DNA of 64,000 nucleotides from Castellaniella sp. GTDB taxonomy: Bacteria; Pseudomonadota; Gammaproteobacteria; Burkholderiales; Burkholderiaceae_B. How positions within the stretch are numbered: the first letter of the stretch is position 1; each line of letters opens with the position of its first letter. The stretch is from assembly GCF_034675905.1 (NCBI RefSeq), contig NZ_JAUCCV010000007.1, positions 86,677-150,676 of the forward strand, read 5' to 3'. Under the pieces are notes generated by a model, which worked only from the letters and a program-made list of their open reading frames with translations, made no database searches and was not told the DNA's origin. Below are positions 22,210 to 36,028 of this stretch, piece after piece. Position numbers and translations under genes: made by a program.

Positions 22210-23820
22210 TCAGGCGGGCTCGTGCAGCTTGAAGCGCTGCAGCTTGCCGGTCTGAGTGCGCGGCAAAGCGTCCACGAAATCCAGAGCGCGCGGATATTTG
22301 TAGGGGGCGATGCTGGCCTTGACGAAATCCTGCAGGGTTTTCTTCATGTCTTCCCCCGCCGTCTGCCCGGGCCGCAACACGACGAATGCCTTGACCAGTT
22401 GGCCGCGGTCGTGATCGGGCACGCCGATGACCGCGCACTCGGCCACCGCCGGGTGCTGCATCAGCGCGTCTTCGACGTCAGGCGCGGCGATGTTGTAGCC
22501 CGACGAGATGATCATGTCGTCGGTGCGCGCCTGATAGCAGAAATAGCCGTCGGCATCCATCACATAGGCGTCGCCCGTCAGATTCCAGCCGTTCTGCACA
22601 TACTTGCGCTGCCGCTCGTCATTCAGATAGCGGCAGCCCGTCGGCCCCCGCACCGCCAGACGTCCGATGGCGCCGGGCGGCACTTCCTGGCCTGACTCAT
22701 CCACGATTTTGGCTTGATAGCCGGGTACCGGCGTGCCGGTCGCACCGGGGCGCGCATGGGCCTCGTCATGGGAAATGAAGATGTGCAGCATTTCGGTGGA
22801 GCCGATGCCATCGATCAGCTCGATGCCGGTGGCTTCTTTCCAGGCAGCCCGGGTCGACGCCGGCAGGGCTTCGCCCGCCGATACGCATTTGCGCAAGGCC
22901 GAGCGGCGCAATTCCGTGCCGCGCACCGCCAGGGTCCGATACGAGGTCGGCGCCGTGAACAACACCGTCGCGCCGAACGTCTGGATGGCTTCCAGCAATT
23001 GCGGCGGGCTGGCCTTTTCCAGCAGGACGGTCGATGCGCCGACAGACAGGGGAAACAGCAGCAGCCCGCCCAACCCGAAGGTGAATGCCAACGGCGGGCT
23101 GCCCATGAAGACATCGTCTGCAACGGGGTGCAGCACATGCCGGGGCCAGCACAGGCAGATCGCCATGACGTCCCGGTGGTAGTGCATGGTCGCCTTGGGC
23201 ACACCGGTCGTGCCCGACGTAAACCCCAGGATGCAGGTGTCGTCCGCCGCCGTCGCTACATTGTCGAAATCGGGGGAGGCGCGCTGCATCAGGGCTTCCA
23301 GACCGTCAGGCCCGGTATGGTTGAAGTGCCGGATCTGCCGCAGAACCGGCTGCTCCTGGGCCGCCAACGCCATTTCCTCGAATAGGGCGGCATCGCACAA
23401 GGCATGCGAGACCTGCCCGATGTCGATGATGGCTTTCAGTTCCTTGGCCCGCAGCAGCGGCATGGTGGCCACGGCGATGCCGCCCGCCTTGATGACGGCA
23501 AACCAGCAGGCCGCCAGCATGGGATTGTTGGGCGCCCGCAGCAGCACACGGTTGCCCGGCGCCAGCCCCATGTCATGCACCAGCACATTGGCGATCCGGT
23601 TGGCCTTGTCCTGCAGGTCGGCATAGGTCCAACTGAGACCGGGCGCGCGGATGCACAGGCGGTCCCCCCGGCCTTCGCGCACGTGCCGGTCCAGCAACTC
23701 AGTGGCGCAGTTCAGCTGCTCGGGGAACTGCAGTTCGGGAAGATCGAAAAGAAATTCAGGTTGTTGATCCACGGGCGGCAGATGGTCGCGCGCGAAGGTA
23801 TCCTGGTGGGCACTGCTCAT
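22210..23820 (-). CDS. aromatic acid-CoA ligase (2-aminobenzoate/benzoate-CoA ligase family)
   Basis: FTSGTTGVPKATMH AMP-binding motif, DGIGSTEMLHIF, KYPRALDFVDALPRTQTGKLQRFKL. Confidence 0.88.
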   Translation of the reverse strand: MSSAHQDTFARDHLPPVDQQPEFLFDLPELQFPEQLNCATELLDRHVREGRGDRLCIRAPGLSWTYADLQDKANRIANVLVHDMGLAPGNRVLLRAPNNPMLAACWFAVIKAGGIAVATMPLLRAKELKAIIDIGQVSHALCDAALFEEMALAAQEQPVLRQIRHFNHTGPDGLEALMQRASPDFDNVATAADDTCILGFTSGTTGVPKATMHYHRDVMAICLCWPRHVLHPVADDVFMGSPPLAFTFGLGGLLLFPLSVGASTVLLEKASPPQLLEAIQTFGATVLFTAPTSYRTLAVRGTELRRSALRKCVSAGEALPASTRAAWKEATGIELIDGIGSTEMLHIFISHDEAHARPGATGTPVPGYQAKIVDESGQEVPPGAIGRLAVRGPTGCRYLNDERQRKYVQNGWNLTGDAYVMDADGYFCYQARTDDMIISSGYNIAAPDVEDALMQHPAVAECAVIGVPDHDRGQLVKAFVVLRPGQTAGEDMKKTLQDFVKASIAPYKYPRALDFVDALPRTQTGKLQRFKLHEPA

Positions 23821-23901
23821 GGTCTTGTCTCCTGATGACGGCTTATCTCTTGTGCTTGCCGGGGCCTTGGAGCCCTCTTGCGGCGTTTCCAGGCGGGCGT
23901 C

Positions 23902-25077
23902 TTATCCAGGCGGCGTCTGCACGGTTTTCAACAGTTCGCGGGCGATGATCAGCTGCTGCACCTCGGTGGCCCCTTCGTAGATTCGCAAGGCACGGATCTC
24001 CCGGTACAGGCGTTCGACCGGCTGATCACTGACCACACCCAGGCCGCCGAACAGCTGCACGGCGGCGTCGATGACCTGCTGGGCGTTTTCCGTGGCCGTC
24101 ATCTTGGCCATGGCGGCTTCGCGCGTCACCGTGCGCCCCTGATCGCGCAACCAGGCGGCGCGGTAAGTCAGCAGCGCCGCGCTGTCGATGGCGGTGGCCA
24201 TCTGCGCCAGTTTGGCCTGGCTGAGCTGAAAGTCGGCCAGCACGCCCTGAAACATGCGCCGCGTGACAGCCCGGTTCAGCGCTTCGTCCAGCGCCCGACG
24301 GGCAAAGCCCAGGGCCGCCGCCGCCACGGACGTGCGGAACACATCCAGGGTGCGCATCGCCAGCTTGAAGCCCTGGCCCGCCGCGCCCAGGCGCTGACTG
24401 GCCGGGATGCGGCAATCGGTGAAGCGCAGCCGGGCCAGCGGATGCGGGGCGATGATCTCGATGCGTTCGGCGATCTCAAAACCCGGCGTCCCGGCATCCA
24501 CGATAAAGGCGGAAATCCCCCGGGCGCCGGGGGCTTCGCCGGTACGAGCGAAGAGCACATAGAAATCCGCAATGCCGCCGTTGGAAATCCAGGTCTTTTC
24601 CCCGTTCAGCACATAATGATCGCCCTCTGCCCGCGCCGTGCAGGACAGGGCGGCCACATCCGAACCGGCATCCGGCTCGGACAAGGCAAAGGCGGCGATC
24701 GCTGCTCCCTGCACCACGCGCGGCAGGTAGCGCCGACGCTGCTCGGGCGTGCCTTCCAGGGAAATCGCCCCCGAACCCAGCCCCTGCATGGCAAAGGCAA
24801 AGTCCGCCAGACCGGAATGACGCGCCAAGGTTTCACGGATCAGGCAGATGGCCCGGGTATCGATGGCATCGCCTGCGCCGCCGTCCGCCGTGCCGGCCAC
24901 GGCATGCCGCAGCCAGCCGGCGGCGCCCAAGGCCTGCACCAGATCGCGGCAAGCCTGATCCACCGCGCGGCTGTGCACGGGTGCGATGTGCTGCGCCGCC
25001 CAGGCATCCAGCGCCAGCGCCAGATCACGATGGCGCGGCTCGAAAAAAGGCCAATCCAGATAGGCGTTGTCGGCCAT
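23902..25077 (-). CDS. acyl-CoA dehydrogenase family
   Basis: [12 protein letters not shown]; [31 protein letters not shown]. Confidence 0.92.
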   Translation of the reverse strand: MADNAYLDWPFFEPRHRDLALALDAWAAQHIAPVHSRAVDQACRDLVQALGAAGWLRHAVAGTADGGAGDAIDTRAICLIRETLARHSGLADFAFAMQGLGSGAISLEGTPEQRRRYLPRVVQGAAIAAFALSEPDAGSDVAALSCTARAEGDHYVLNGEKTWISNGGIADFYVLFARTGEAPGARGISAFIVDAGTPGFEIAERIEIIAPHPLARLRFTDCRIPASQRLGAAGQGFKLAMRTLDVFRTSVAAAALGFARRALDEALNRAVTRRMFQGVLADFQLSQAKLAQMATAIDSAALLTYRAAWLRDQGRTVTREAAMAKMTATENAQQVIDAAVQLFGGLGVVSDQPVERLYREIRALRIYEGATEVQQLIIARELLKTVQTPPG

Positions 25078-25079
25078 GA

Positions 25080-25934
25080 TCAATCCCCCTGGAATCGAGG
25101 TTTCTGCTTGTCCACGAAGGCGTGGTAGGCGCGGGAAAAATCCTGCGTCAGCATGCAGATCGCCTGGGCCTGGGCTTCGGCCTCGATCGCCTGCTCGATG
25201 GTCATGGCCCATTCCTGATGCAGCATGGTCTTGGTGATGCCGTTGGCGAAACTGGGACCTTGCGCCAGCTGCGCTGCCAGCGCCTGGGCATCCGCCAACA
25301 GGGCATCGGGCTCGCACAGGCGATTGAAAAAGCCCCAGCGCTCGCCCTCCTCGCCGCCCAGGCTGCGGCCCGTATACAGCAATTCGCTGGCCCGCCCCTG
25401 TCCCACGATGCGCGGCAGCATGGCGCACGCCCCCATGTCGCAGCCCGCCAGGCCGACCCGATTGAACAGGAAGGCGGTCTTGCTGCGGACCGTGCCCAGG
25501 CGCAGATCGGACGCCATCGTCAGGATGGCCCCGGCGCCCGCGCAGACCCCGTCCACCGCCGCCACGATAGGCTGCGGACACGTCCGCATGGCCTTGACGA
25601 GGTCGCCGGTCATGCGGGTGAACATCAACAATTCCGGCGCTTTCAGGCGGACCAGCGGCCCGATGATTTCATGGACGTCGCCGCCGGAACAGAAATTGTC
25701 CCCCGCCCCGACCAGCACGACCGTGCGTACATCATCGGCCCACTGCAGTTGATGGAACAGGTCCCGCAATTCGGCATAGCTGTCGAAGGTCAGCGGGTTC
25801 TTGCGTTCCGGGCGGTTCAAGGTAATGGTGGCGACGCCGTCTTGCACATCCCACAGAAAATGACGCGCCTGGTAGGATGCCAGCGGCCGGCGGTTGCCGG
25901 CCAGCAGGCCAGGGTCGATCGTGGATTCAGTCAT
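25080..25934 (-). CDS. enoyl-CoA hydratase/isomerase family
   Basis: [29 protein letters not shown]. Confidence 0.92.
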   Translation of the reverse strand: MTESTIDPGLLAGNRRPLASYQARHFLWDVQDGVATITLNRPERKNPLTFDSYAELRDLFHQLQWADDVRTVVLVGAGDNFCSGGDVHEIIGPLVRLKAPELLMFTRMTGDLVKAMRTCPQPIVAAVDGVCAGAGAILTMASDLRLGTVRSKTAFLFNRVGLAGCDMGACAMLPRIVGQGRASELLYTGRSLGGEEGERWGFFNRLCEPDALLADAQALAAQLAQGPSFANGITKTMLHQEWAMTIEQAIEAEAQAQAICMLTQDFSRAYHAFVDKQKPRFQGD

Positions 25935-26517
25935 GAGCTTTCCTTCGCGCCGGTCGGGCGGTCTTTTTGGCCGTGGCGGCAGCCGCCTCCAGTTCGGGCT
26001 GTCGCCGGGCCAGATGCACACGCAGCTGACCCAACAAGGCGTACAGGGTTTCCTTGCTCTCGAGCGGCAAGCCCCGGAACATTTCCGTCAGCCATTTTTC
26101 ATGCTCCACCGCCATGACGGCGAATTGCTCGCGCCCCTGCGGGGTCAGGCTGACGAAAAAAGAACGACGGTCCTCGGGGTCTTCCACGCGCTGCACCAAA
26201 CCGTCTTTGACCAGTTCGTCGGTCAGGCCGGTGACATTGCCGCCCGTCACCATCAGATAGCCCGACAGCACTTTCATGCGCAGGCCTTCCGGATGGCGGT
26301 CGAGCTGGGCCATATAGTCGAAACGCCGCAGACTGGTCGCGATGCGCGTGCGCAGCAATTTGCGGATCTGCTGTTCGATCTGGTTGGAGCAGGCCAGCAG
26401 CCGCAGCCAGATCCGGGTATCCAGATGATCGTCGGCCTGTACGCGGGCCTCCAGACCGATATGCTCGTCGCCCAGGGACTGCATCATCTGCTGATGCTGT
26501 TTAGCCAGAGTATTCAC
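25927..26517 (-). CDS. MarR family transcriptional regulator
   Basis: [41 protein letters not shown] winged helix. Confidence 0.92.
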   Translation of the reverse strand: MNTLAKQHQQMMQSLGDEHIGLEARVQADDHLDTRIWLRLLACSNQIEQQIRKLLRTRIATSLRRFDYMAQLDRHPEGLRMKVLSGYLMVTGGNVTGLTDELVKDGLVQRVEDPEDRRSFFVSLTPQGREQFAVMAVEHEKWLTEMFRGLPLESKETLYALLGQLRVHLARRQPELEAAAATAKKTARPARRKAHD

Positions 26518-26530
26518 GGATCATGCTCCT

Positions 26531-27295
26531 TTACATCACTTCGCCGCCGCTGACCGAGATCGTCTGCCCGGTCACGGCTGCCGCCCCTGCGCTGCACAGC
26601 CAGGCCACGGCATCCGCCACCTCGGCGGGATCGACCAGCCGCCCCTGGGGATTGGATTTGACGAGTGCGGCGCGGGCGTCGGATTCACTACGGCCCGTGC
26701 GCGCCACAATGCGGGCGATGCTGTCGCGCACGATATCGGTATCGGTATAGCCGGGGCACACTGCATTGACCGTCACGCCGGTGGCAGCCAGTTCGCGCGC
26801 CAGCGACCGGGTCAGGCCGATGACGCCATGCTTGGCCGCGCAATAGGCCGACACATAGGCATAGCCTGTCTGCCCCGCCGTGCTGGCCACATTGACGACG
26901 CGGCCCCAGCCGGCCTGCAGCATATCGGGCAGCACCGCCTGGGCGCACAACATCGTGCCCGTCAGATTGACGTCCAGCATGCGCTGCCACAAGGCCATGT
27001 CCATCTTCAGAAATGCGGCGCTTTCCGCCTGACCGGCGTTATTCACCAGCAAATGGATCGGGCCAAACCGGGCCCTGGCCTGAGCCAGCGCCTGTTCCAG
27101 TTGCGTGCTGTCGGACACATCCGCCGTCACGGCGCAGATGCCATCCGGGTCCTGCGCCGCCAACGCCTGGCCCGACGCGGCGCTGCGGCTCAGGACGGTG
27201 ACCCGGCAACCTTGCGCCCGCAAGCGCTGCGTGATGGCGGCCCCGATGCCCCGCGCCCCGCCGGTCACCAGCGCATGCTGATCGTTCATGTTCAT
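26531..27295 (-). CDS. short-chain dehydrogenase/reductase
   Basis: [21 protein letters not shown]; start overlaps the upstream stop (ATGA at 27292-27295). Confidence 0.92.
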   Translation of the reverse strand: MNMNDQHALVTGGARGIGAAITQRLRAQGCRVTVLSRSAASGQALAAQDPDGICAVTADVSDSTQLEQALAQARARFGPIHLLVNNAGQAESAAFLKMDMALWQRMLDVNLTGTMLCAQAVLPDMLQAGWGRVVNVASTAGQTGYAYVSAYCAAKHGVIGLTRSLARELAATGVTVNAVCPGYTDTDIVRDSIARIVARTGRSESDARAALVKSNPQGRLVDPAEVADAVAWLCSAGAAAVTGQTISVSGGEVM

Positions 27296-29652
27296 AGCGA
27301 GGCCTTGCCGGCAGCGTGGCGCAAGGCCTGTTCCTGGGCGGCATGTTCGCGCTGGAACAGGCTTTCCATCTGGCGTTTGCCCTGGAAGTACTGGCGCGGC
27401 CAAGCCAGATCGGTGTAGCCGATCTTGGCTGCCTCGGTCAGCGTCCAGGCCGGATTGGCCAGATGCGGGCGGGCGATGGCGCACAGATCGGCGCGGCCCG
27501 CCGCCAGGATGCTGTTGACGTGATCGGCTTCGCTGATGGCGCCCACCGCAATCGTCGCCACCCCGGCTTCCTGGCGGATGCGGTCGGCCAAGGGAGTCTG
27601 GTACATGCGGCCGAACACCGGTTGCTCCTGTTTGCTGACCTGACCGGAAGAACAGTCGATCAGATCCGCGCCGGCATCCTTGAAAGCTTTGGCGATATCC
27701 ACTGCATCTTGCGCCGTGGTGCCGCCGTCCACCCAATCCGTGGCGGAAATGCGTACCGACATGGGTTTGTCCTGTGGCCAGATGGCCCGCATCACCGTGA
27801 AGATTTCCAGGGGATAGCGCAGCCGCTTGGCCAGCGTCCCGCCGTACTCGTCGGCCCGATGGTTGGTCAGCGGCGAAATAAAGGCCGACAGCAGATAACC
27901 GTGGGCGCAGTGCAGTTCCAGCCAATCGGCGCCGATCTCGATGGCGGCGCGGGTCGACGCCAGGAACTGATCCCGGACGGTATCCATGTCCTGGCGCGTC
28001 ATTTCGCGGGCGATCTGGCTGACGCCTTCCAGATACTGCTGCGGCGACGCCGACAGAATGGGCCAATTGCCTGCGGGCAAGGGCAGATCGGTGCCTTCCC
28101 AGGCCCGGCGTGTCGAGGCCTTGGGTCCCGCATGCCCGATCTGCAGGCCGAAGCAGGCGTCGGTATTGGCGTGTATCCAGTCGGCAATGCGCTTGAACGC
28201 CGCCGTATGATCGGGCCGGTACAGCCCCGGGCAGCCCGGCGTAATACGGCCTTCGGCGCTGACGCAGGCCATCTCGGCAAACACCAGCCCCGCGCCGCCC
28301 AGGGCGCGTGCGCCCAAGTGCACCAGATGAAAGTCGCCCACTAGGCCGTCTTCGGCGGAATATTGCGCCATGGGCGAGACCACCACGCGATTCTTCAGGC
28401 GCAGACCGCGCACGGCATACGGCGTGAACATGGGCGGCGGCGGGGTCTGGTCATCGGACACCGCCACGCCATCGCGCCGCGCAAACCAGCGCTCGTAGCC
28501 TTCCAGCCAGCGCTGATCGCGCAGCCGCAGATTTTCATGACTGATGCGCTGGCTGCGCGTCAGCATGGAATACATGAATTGTTCCGGTTCCAGCTGGTCG
28601 CAGTAGCGCTGGCCGCAGACCTCGAACCATTCCATGGCATTCCAGGCGGCATTCTGCAGCCGCAGGGTTTCGATCCGGCGAGCTTCCTGGTAGGCCTCCA
28701 GCACCTGGGGAATATGCGCGGGGGTGTCGCCCAGCAAGGTGAACTGGCGGGTGAGTTCGATGGCGTCTTCAATCGCCAGCTTGGTCCCCGAACCGATGGC
28801 AAAGTGCGCCGTATGCACGGCATCGCCCATCAGCACGACATGACTGCCGTGTTCGTTGCGCAGCCACCAGTGTTCGCACACCACCCGCTGGAAATTCAGC
28901 CAGGCCGAACCGCGCAGGTGCCGCGCATTGGAAATCAGCGGCGCGCCCTGCAGGTTATCGGCAAACAGCTGTTCGCAGAATGCGATGGACTGGTTCTGGT
29001 CTGCCTGGTCCAGGCCATGCGCCTGCCAGGTGTCTTCCGTGGTTTCGACAATGAAGGTGGACGTGCTGTCGTCGAACTTATAGATGTGCGCCTGGAACCA
29101 GCCATGTTCGGTGCGCTGGAAATCAAAGGTGAAGGCGTCGTACTGGCGATGCGTTCCCAGCCAGATATAGCGATTGGGCCGGGTGACGATATCCGGCTGA
29201 AAGACGGATTCGTATTGCTTGCGGATGCGGGAATTGACCCCGTCGGCGGCAATGATCAGATCGGCGTCGGGATAGTCGGTATCGGACTGGACATCGGTTT
29301 CGAATACCAGCTGGACCCCCAGCCGTTCACAGCGGGCCTGCAGGATGTTCAGCAGTTTTTTGCGGCCGATTCCCACGAAACCGTGCCCGCCCGAGCGGAT
29401 GCTGCGTCCTTTGAACAACAGCTCGATATCGTCCCAGTGATTGAAGGCGGCCTGGATTTCATCGGCGGTTTCGGTATCCCACTGGCGCATATTATCCATG
29501 GTGGTGTCCGAAAACACCACGCCCCAGCCAAAGGTGTCGTAGGCGCGATTGCGCTCGACCACCGTCACGTCATGGGCCGGATCCAGCTTTTTCATCAGCA
29601 GCGCCAGATACAGGCCTGCCGGTCCGCCGCCGATACACACGATCTTCATCAT
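27292..29652 (-). CDS. bifunctional 2-aminobenzoyl-CoA monooxygenase/reductase (salicylyl-CoA 5-hydroxylase type)
   Basis: N-terminal FAD monooxygenase ([36 protein letters not shown]) fused to an Old Yellow Enzyme domain ([18 protein letters not shown]). Confidence 0.88.
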   Translation of the reverse strand: MMKIVCIGGGPAGLYLALLMKKLDPAHDVTVVERNRAYDTFGWGVVFSDTTMDNMRQWDTETADEIQAAFNHWDDIELLFKGRSIRSGGHGFVGIGRKKLLNILQARCERLGVQLVFETDVQSDTDYPDADLIIAADGVNSRIRKQYESVFQPDIVTRPNRYIWLGTHRQYDAFTFDFQRTEHGWFQAHIYKFDDSTSTFIVETTEDTWQAHGLDQADQNQSIAFCEQLFADNLQGAPLISNARHLRGSAWLNFQRVVCEHWWLRNEHGSHVVLMGDAVHTAHFAIGSGTKLAIEDAIELTRQFTLLGDTPAHIPQVLEAYQEARRIETLRLQNAAWNAMEWFEVCGQRYCDQLEPEQFMYSMLTRSQRISHENLRLRDQRWLEGYERWFARRDGVAVSDDQTPPPPMFTPYAVRGLRLKNRVVVSPMAQYSAEDGLVGDFHLVHLGARALGGAGLVFAEMACVSAEGRITPGCPGLYRPDHTAAFKRIADWIHANTDACFGLQIGHAGPKASTRRAWEGTDLPLPAGNWPILSASPQQYLEGVSQIAREMTRQDMDTVRDQFLASTRAAIEIGADWLELHCAHGYLLSAFISPLTNHRADEYGGTLAKRLRYPLEIFTVMRAIWPQDKPMSVRISATDWVDGGTTAQDAVDIAKAFKDAGADLIDCSSGQVSKQEQPVFGRMYQTPLADRIRQEAGVATIAVGAISEADHVNSILAAGRADLCAIARPHLANPAWTLTEAAKIGYTDLAWPRQYFQGKRQMESLFQREHAAQEQALRHAAGKASL

Positions 29653-29703
29653 CCGTCTCCTGGTGCCCGACACGCCGATGGGAGATCCCGCCCGGCATAT
29701 CGA

Positions 29704-29745
29704 AATTAATTTAGTTTCCGTTAATTTAAAAGTAAACTAATTTTG
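29704..29745. promoter_or_regulatory. AT-rich promoter with inverted repeat upstream of the abm-type operon (candidate MarR operator)
   Basis: TTAGTTT (29711-29717) and AAACTAA (29734-29740) in a very AT-rich patch about 60 bp upstream of the first gene. Confidence 0.45.
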
Positions 29746-29867
29746 TGTCAATTGCATCGTCATCAAAAGACAGCCGCGCACGCCAAAGCGCCCTGCTCGC
29801 AGAGCAGGGCGCAGGGCCTACACACAACAGGGAAACCAGGGGTGCGCGGGTCATCCCCGCACACGGT

Positions 29868-31379
29868 TCAGCGGCTGGCCAGCCAGCGCACCACCGCGTC
29901 GTCAAAGGGCCGCACGGCGGCCGCCCCCGGATGATTGACCAGGCTGACGAGGATGTAGCGCTTGCCGCTGGCGCCCCGCACATAGCCCGCCAGGGCGCGG
30001 GAATCCTTCAGGGTGCCGGTCTTCAAATGCGCCTGACCGCGCGTATCGTCGGACCGCAAACGGCGGCGCACCGTACCATCCATTCCCGAAATCGCCAGCG
30101 AAGACACGAATTCCGGCATCAGGGGTGAACGCCAGGCCACATCCAGCATCTGCGCCAGCCCTCGCGCCGTCACCCGCCCTTGGCGCGACAGGCCCGAGCC
30201 ATTGTCCAGCACCCAACCACTGGTATCGACCTGCTGGTTTTTCAGGACCTGCTGCACGGCGCGGCCTGCCGATTCGGGTGTGGCGCCCGGGCCGTTCATG
30301 TCCGCTCCCAGCGTCAGCAAGGTCATGCGGGCCATGACGTTGTTGCTGTGCTTGTTGATCTGGCGAATGACGTCGGACAGCATGGGGGAGTCATGCCAAG
30401 CCAGCACGTCGGCCTGCGCGGGTACGCGGCCCTGCGTAAACCCGCGTCCCAGAGTGCCACCCAATTCGCGCCACAGCATCCTGAACAGCGCCTCGAAATG
30501 ATCCGTCTGCGAACCGGCCAGGCGGTACAGACTGAATTCACCGCAGCTGCCCCAGGCTTTGCCCGTCAGGCGAATCGTCGTCGCCTGCCCCTGCACCAGG
30601 GCATCGGCGGCGAAATTGCTGGCGGGCCGACACTGCCCGTCCTGCCATTCCAGACGCCCCTCGACGCGCACGCCGGGGGTCGGCGGATCAATGATGGGGA
30701 CCCATTGGCGGTTGGCCCCGTCCGGCTGGAACAGGATGCGGGTCGCACCAAAGCCGACCATCATGGCATCGGGGCTGGCGTTGTACGGACGATCGGGCGA
30801 ATCGTCGAAATCCCCCGGATCGATGCCGACCTGACCAAACAGGCTGCGGTCCACGACCACATCCGTCAGGTTCTTGATGCCGCGCAGACGCAGCTCGCGC
30901 AGCACGTTCCACAGGTCTTCGACCGTGAACCAGGGGTCGCCCGCCGCCTTGATGTACAAAGGCCCTTGCAAAGTGCCCTGCGCATCGACCCGGGCGCCGG
31001 CGCCTGCCAGGAACTGGGTCCGCCAGACATAGTCGGGTCCCAGCACCGACAGCGCGGACCAGGTGGTGACCGTTTTCATGACCGATGCCGGATTGCGCGG
31101 CACATCGGCCTGGATGCGGCTGATCACCGGACCGCCCGCCTCACGGATTTCCAGCGACAAAGCGGAGTCCGGCAATTTGGTGGCCTTCCAGGCTTTCTGC
31201 AATTCGGGCGGCAGGGCCTGGGCCGACACGCTGGCGGCCGCACCGGCCAACAGCCCGGCGGCCAGCAAGGCGTGCACCAGGCGCGCCCCGCCGTGCTTTG
31301 CGCGGGCCAAGCGGCGGCCCAATGGAAGGAACCGTCTGTAATCCTGTTGCTGTGCCTGACCCATGCCGCCACCCGACAA
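29868..31379 (-). CDS. dacB: D-Ala-D-Ala carboxypeptidase/endopeptidase PBP4 (start uncertain)
   Basis: NPASVMK (SxxK), HSNN (SxN), LKTGTL (KTG), DNGSGLSR. Confidence 0.93.
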   Translation of the reverse strand: MSGGGMGQAQQQDYRRFLPLGRRLARAKHGGARLVHALLAAGLLAGAAASVSAQALPPELQKAWKATKLPDSALSLEIREAGGPVISRIQADVPRNPASVMKTVTTWSALSVLGPDYVWRTQFLAGAGARVDAQGTLQGPLYIKAAGDPWFTVEDLWNVLRELRLRGIKNLTDVVVDRSLFGQVGIDPGDFDDSPDRPYNASPDAMMVGFGATRILFQPDGANRQWVPIIDPPTPGVRVEGRLEWQDGQCRPASNFAADALVQGQATTIRLTGKAWGSCGEFSLYRLAGSQTDHFEALFRMLWRELGGTLGRGFTQGRVPAQADVLAWHDSPMLSDVIRQINKHSNNVMARMTLLTLGADMNGPGATPESAGRAVQQVLKNQQVDTSGWVLDNGSGLSRQGRVTARGLAQMLDVAWRSPLMPEFVSSLAISGMDGTVRRRLRSDDTRGQAHLKTGTLKDSRALAGYVRGASGKRYILVSLVNHPGAAAVRPFDDAVVRWLASR

Positions 31380-31461
31380 AAAGCGTCAGCATAATCCAAA
31401 GAGGGATGGGACTAAAATACGGGCCAATTTTCCTTTCCTCCTGTAAGCGCCTGATACATTC

Positions 31462-33638
<2,177 letters not shown>

Positions 33639-33732
33639 AGACGCCGCACAGGGCGACCCATATCTCGCTACAATCAAGAGTTAATCTTATATCCAAACCC
33701 CTCATCCAACCCCTGATTTCCCAGGAGCCCCC

Positions 33733-34077
33733 ATGTCCCTCGTTGACACCCTGACCCTGATCCCGGCCCAAGCCGCCGGCGGCGAACCCAATGCGCTGAT
33801 GAGCATGCTGCCCATCATCCTGATGTTCGTCATCCTGTATTTCCTGATGATCCGTCCGCAGATGAAGCGCCAAAAGGATCACAAGAAAATGGTGGCGGCT
33901 CTGGCCAAGGGCGACGAGGTCATCCTGTCGGGCGGCCTGCTGGGCAAGCTGAGCAAGGTCAGCGACAACTACCTGACGGTCGAAATCGCCCAAGCCGGCG
34001 ACAAGGCAGTCGAGACCATCGTGCAGCGCAGCGCCGTGACGTCCGTCCTGCCCAAGGGCACGATCAAGTCTCTCTGA
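33733..34077 (+). CDS. yajC: preprotein translocase subunit YajC
   Basis: YFLMIRPQMKRQK, LAKGDEV. Confidence 0.95.
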   Translation: MSLVDTLTLIPAQAAGGEPNALMSMLPIILMFVILYFLMIRPQMKRQKDHKKMVAALAKGDEVILSGGLLGKLSKVSDNYLTVEIAQAGDKAVETIVQRSAVTSVLPKGTIKSL

Positions 34078-34091
34078 TCCAGGTCCCATCC

Positions 34092-34121
34092 GGCGCCGCC
34101 CATCGGCGGCGCCCGGTCTTT
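34092..34121 (+). terminator. hairpin between yajC and secD (terminator/attenuator-like)
   Basis: GGCGCCGCC-catc-GGCGGCGCC followed by cggtctttt. Confidence 0.5.
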
Positions 34122-34144
34122 TCAGCCTTCCCTCCCGACCGACC

Positions 34145-36016
34145 ATGAATCGCTATCCTCTCTGGAAGTACCTCATCGTGCTGGCCGCCGTCCTGATCGG
34201 CGTGCTCTACACCTTGCCTAATCTTTATGGCGAATCGCCAGCCGTCCAGATCGCAGGGGCGAAAACATCGGTCAAGATCGATCAGAACACGCTGGAAAAA
34301 GCGAACCAGGTTCTGCAGCAAGCCAATATCCAGCCCACGGCCAGCTCCTTCGAGATGAATGGTCCGGTGGGTTCGGTGCGGCTGCGGTTCGAATCCACCG
34401 ACACGCAGCTGCAGGCCAAGGACGCGCTGGAAAAAGCGCTGAATACCGACCCGGGCAATCCGGACTATACGGTCGCGCTGAACCTGATGTCGGCATCGCC
34501 CAACTGGCTGACCGCCCTGGGCGCCCACCCCATGTATCTGGGCCTGGATCTGCGCGGCGGCGTGCACTTCCTGCTGCAGGTAGACATGCAAGGCGCCCTG
34601 ACCAGCCGCTATGACTCCATGGCCGGCGAGGCCCGCACCACCCTGCGCGACGCCAAACTCAAATTCGAAGACGTAGAACGCAACCAGCAATCCGTGCGGG
34701 CGACCTTCGCCACCCAGGACGAACGTGACGCCGCCGCCGACGCCTTGCGCCGCGCCATCCCGGAAATGCTTTTTGCGACCAGCCAATCCGGCGGCGCCTG
34801 GCTGCTGGACGGCACGCTCAGCCCGACCGCCATCACCCAGGTGCAGAACAGCGCCCTGAAGCAGAACATCCAGACCCTGCACAACCGGATCAACGAACTG
34901 GGCGTGGCCGAACCCGTCATCCAGCAACAGGGGGGCGATCGCATCGTGGTCCAGCTGCCCGGGGTGCAGGACGTCGCCAAGGCCAAGGACATCCTGGGCC
35001 GCACCGCCACGCTGGAAATCCACATGGTGGATGATTCCCCGTCGTCCATGGCTGCCCTGCAGTCGGGTCGCGTGCCCTTCGGTCTGGTGCGTTACACCGA
35101 CCGCGACGGCCGCCCGCTGCTGCTGCGCCGCCAGGTCATCCTGACCGGCGAAAACCTGCAGGACGCCCAGCCTGGGCGCGACCAGCAGACCCAGGAACCC
35201 ACCGTCAACCTGACCCTGGATTCCAAGGGAGCGCGCATTTTCCGCGACATCACCCGCGACAACATCGGCAAACGCATGGCCATCGTGCTGTTTGAAAACG
35301 GCAAGGGCGAAGTCGTGACCGCGCCGGTGATCCGATCCGAAATCCCCGGCGGCCAGGTGCAGATTTCCGGCAGCATGACCGCCCAGGAAGCCGCCGACGT
35401 GTCCCTGCTGCTGCGCGCCGGCTCTCTGGCTGCGCCGATGCACATCATCGAAGAACGCACCATCGGCCCCAGCCTGGGCGCCGCCAACATCAAGCAGGGC
35501 TTTGATTCGACGCTGTACGGCTTTACCGCCATCGCGATCTTCATCATCGCCTACTACCATCTGTTCGGCATGTTCTCGACGCTGGGCTTGTCCTTCAACG
35601 TGCTGCTGCTGCTGTCCGTGCTGTCCATGCTGCAGGCCACGCTGACCTTGCCCGGCATCGCCGCCATTGCGCTCACGCTGGGCATGGCCATCGACGCCAA
35701 CGTGCTGATCAACGAACGGATCCGCGAAGAACTGCGAGCGGGCCTGCCGCCCCAGCAGGCCATACACCTGGGGTTTGATCGCGCCTGGGCGACGATTTTC
35801 GACTCCAACCTGACCAGCCTGATTGTCGGGGTCGCACTGCTGGCCTTCGGCACCGGCCCGGTACGCGGTTTTGCCGTTGTTCACTGCATCGGCATCCTGA
35901 CCTCGATGTTCTCGTCGGTGGTGGGGGTGCGCGCCTTGGCCAATCTGTACTACGGCCGCAAGCGCAAGCTGAAGACCGTGTCGATCGGTCAGATCTGGAA
36001 ACCCAAGCAAGATTAA
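34145..36016 (+). CDS. secD: protein translocase subunit SecD
   Basis: LGLDLRGGVHF, RINELGVAEP, ERTIGPSLG, GMAIDANVLINERIREE. Confidence 0.98.
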   Translation: MNRYPLWKYLIVLAAVLIGVLYTLPNLYGESPAVQIAGAKTSVKIDQNTLEKANQVLQQANIQPTASSFEMNGPVGSVRLRFESTDTQLQAKDALEKALNTDPGNPDYTVALNLMSASPNWLTALGAHPMYLGLDLRGGVHFLLQVDMQGALTSRYDSMAGEARTTLRDAKLKFEDVERNQQSVRATFATQDERDAAADALRRAIPEMLFATSQSGGAWLLDGTLSPTAITQVQNSALKQNIQTLHNRINELGVAEPVIQQQGGDRIVVQLPGVQDVAKAKDILGRTATLEIHMVDDSPSSMAALQSGRVPFGLVRYTDRDGRPLLLRRQVILTGENLQDAQPGRDQQTQEPTVNLTLDSKGARIFRDITRDNIGKRMAIVLFENGKGEVVTAPVIRSEIPGGQVQISGSMTAQEAADVSLLLRAGSLAAPMHIIEERTIGPSLGAANIKQGFDSTLYGFTAIAIFIIAYYHLFGMFSTLGLSFNVLLLLSVLSMLQATLTLPGIAAIALTLGMAIDANVLINERIREELRAGLPPQQAIHLGFDRAWATIFDSNLTSLIVGVALLAFGTGPVRGFAVVHCIGILTSMFSSVVGVRALANLYYGRKRKLKTVSIGQIWKPKQD

Positions 36017-36028
36017 TCAGGATTCATC

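Noticed and set aside
23902-28066. Long N-terminal extensions on the acyl-CoA dehydrogenase and SDR ORFs in the track
   Set aside because: They overlap upstream genes in other frames; the true starts are the coupled ATGs at 25077 and 27295.
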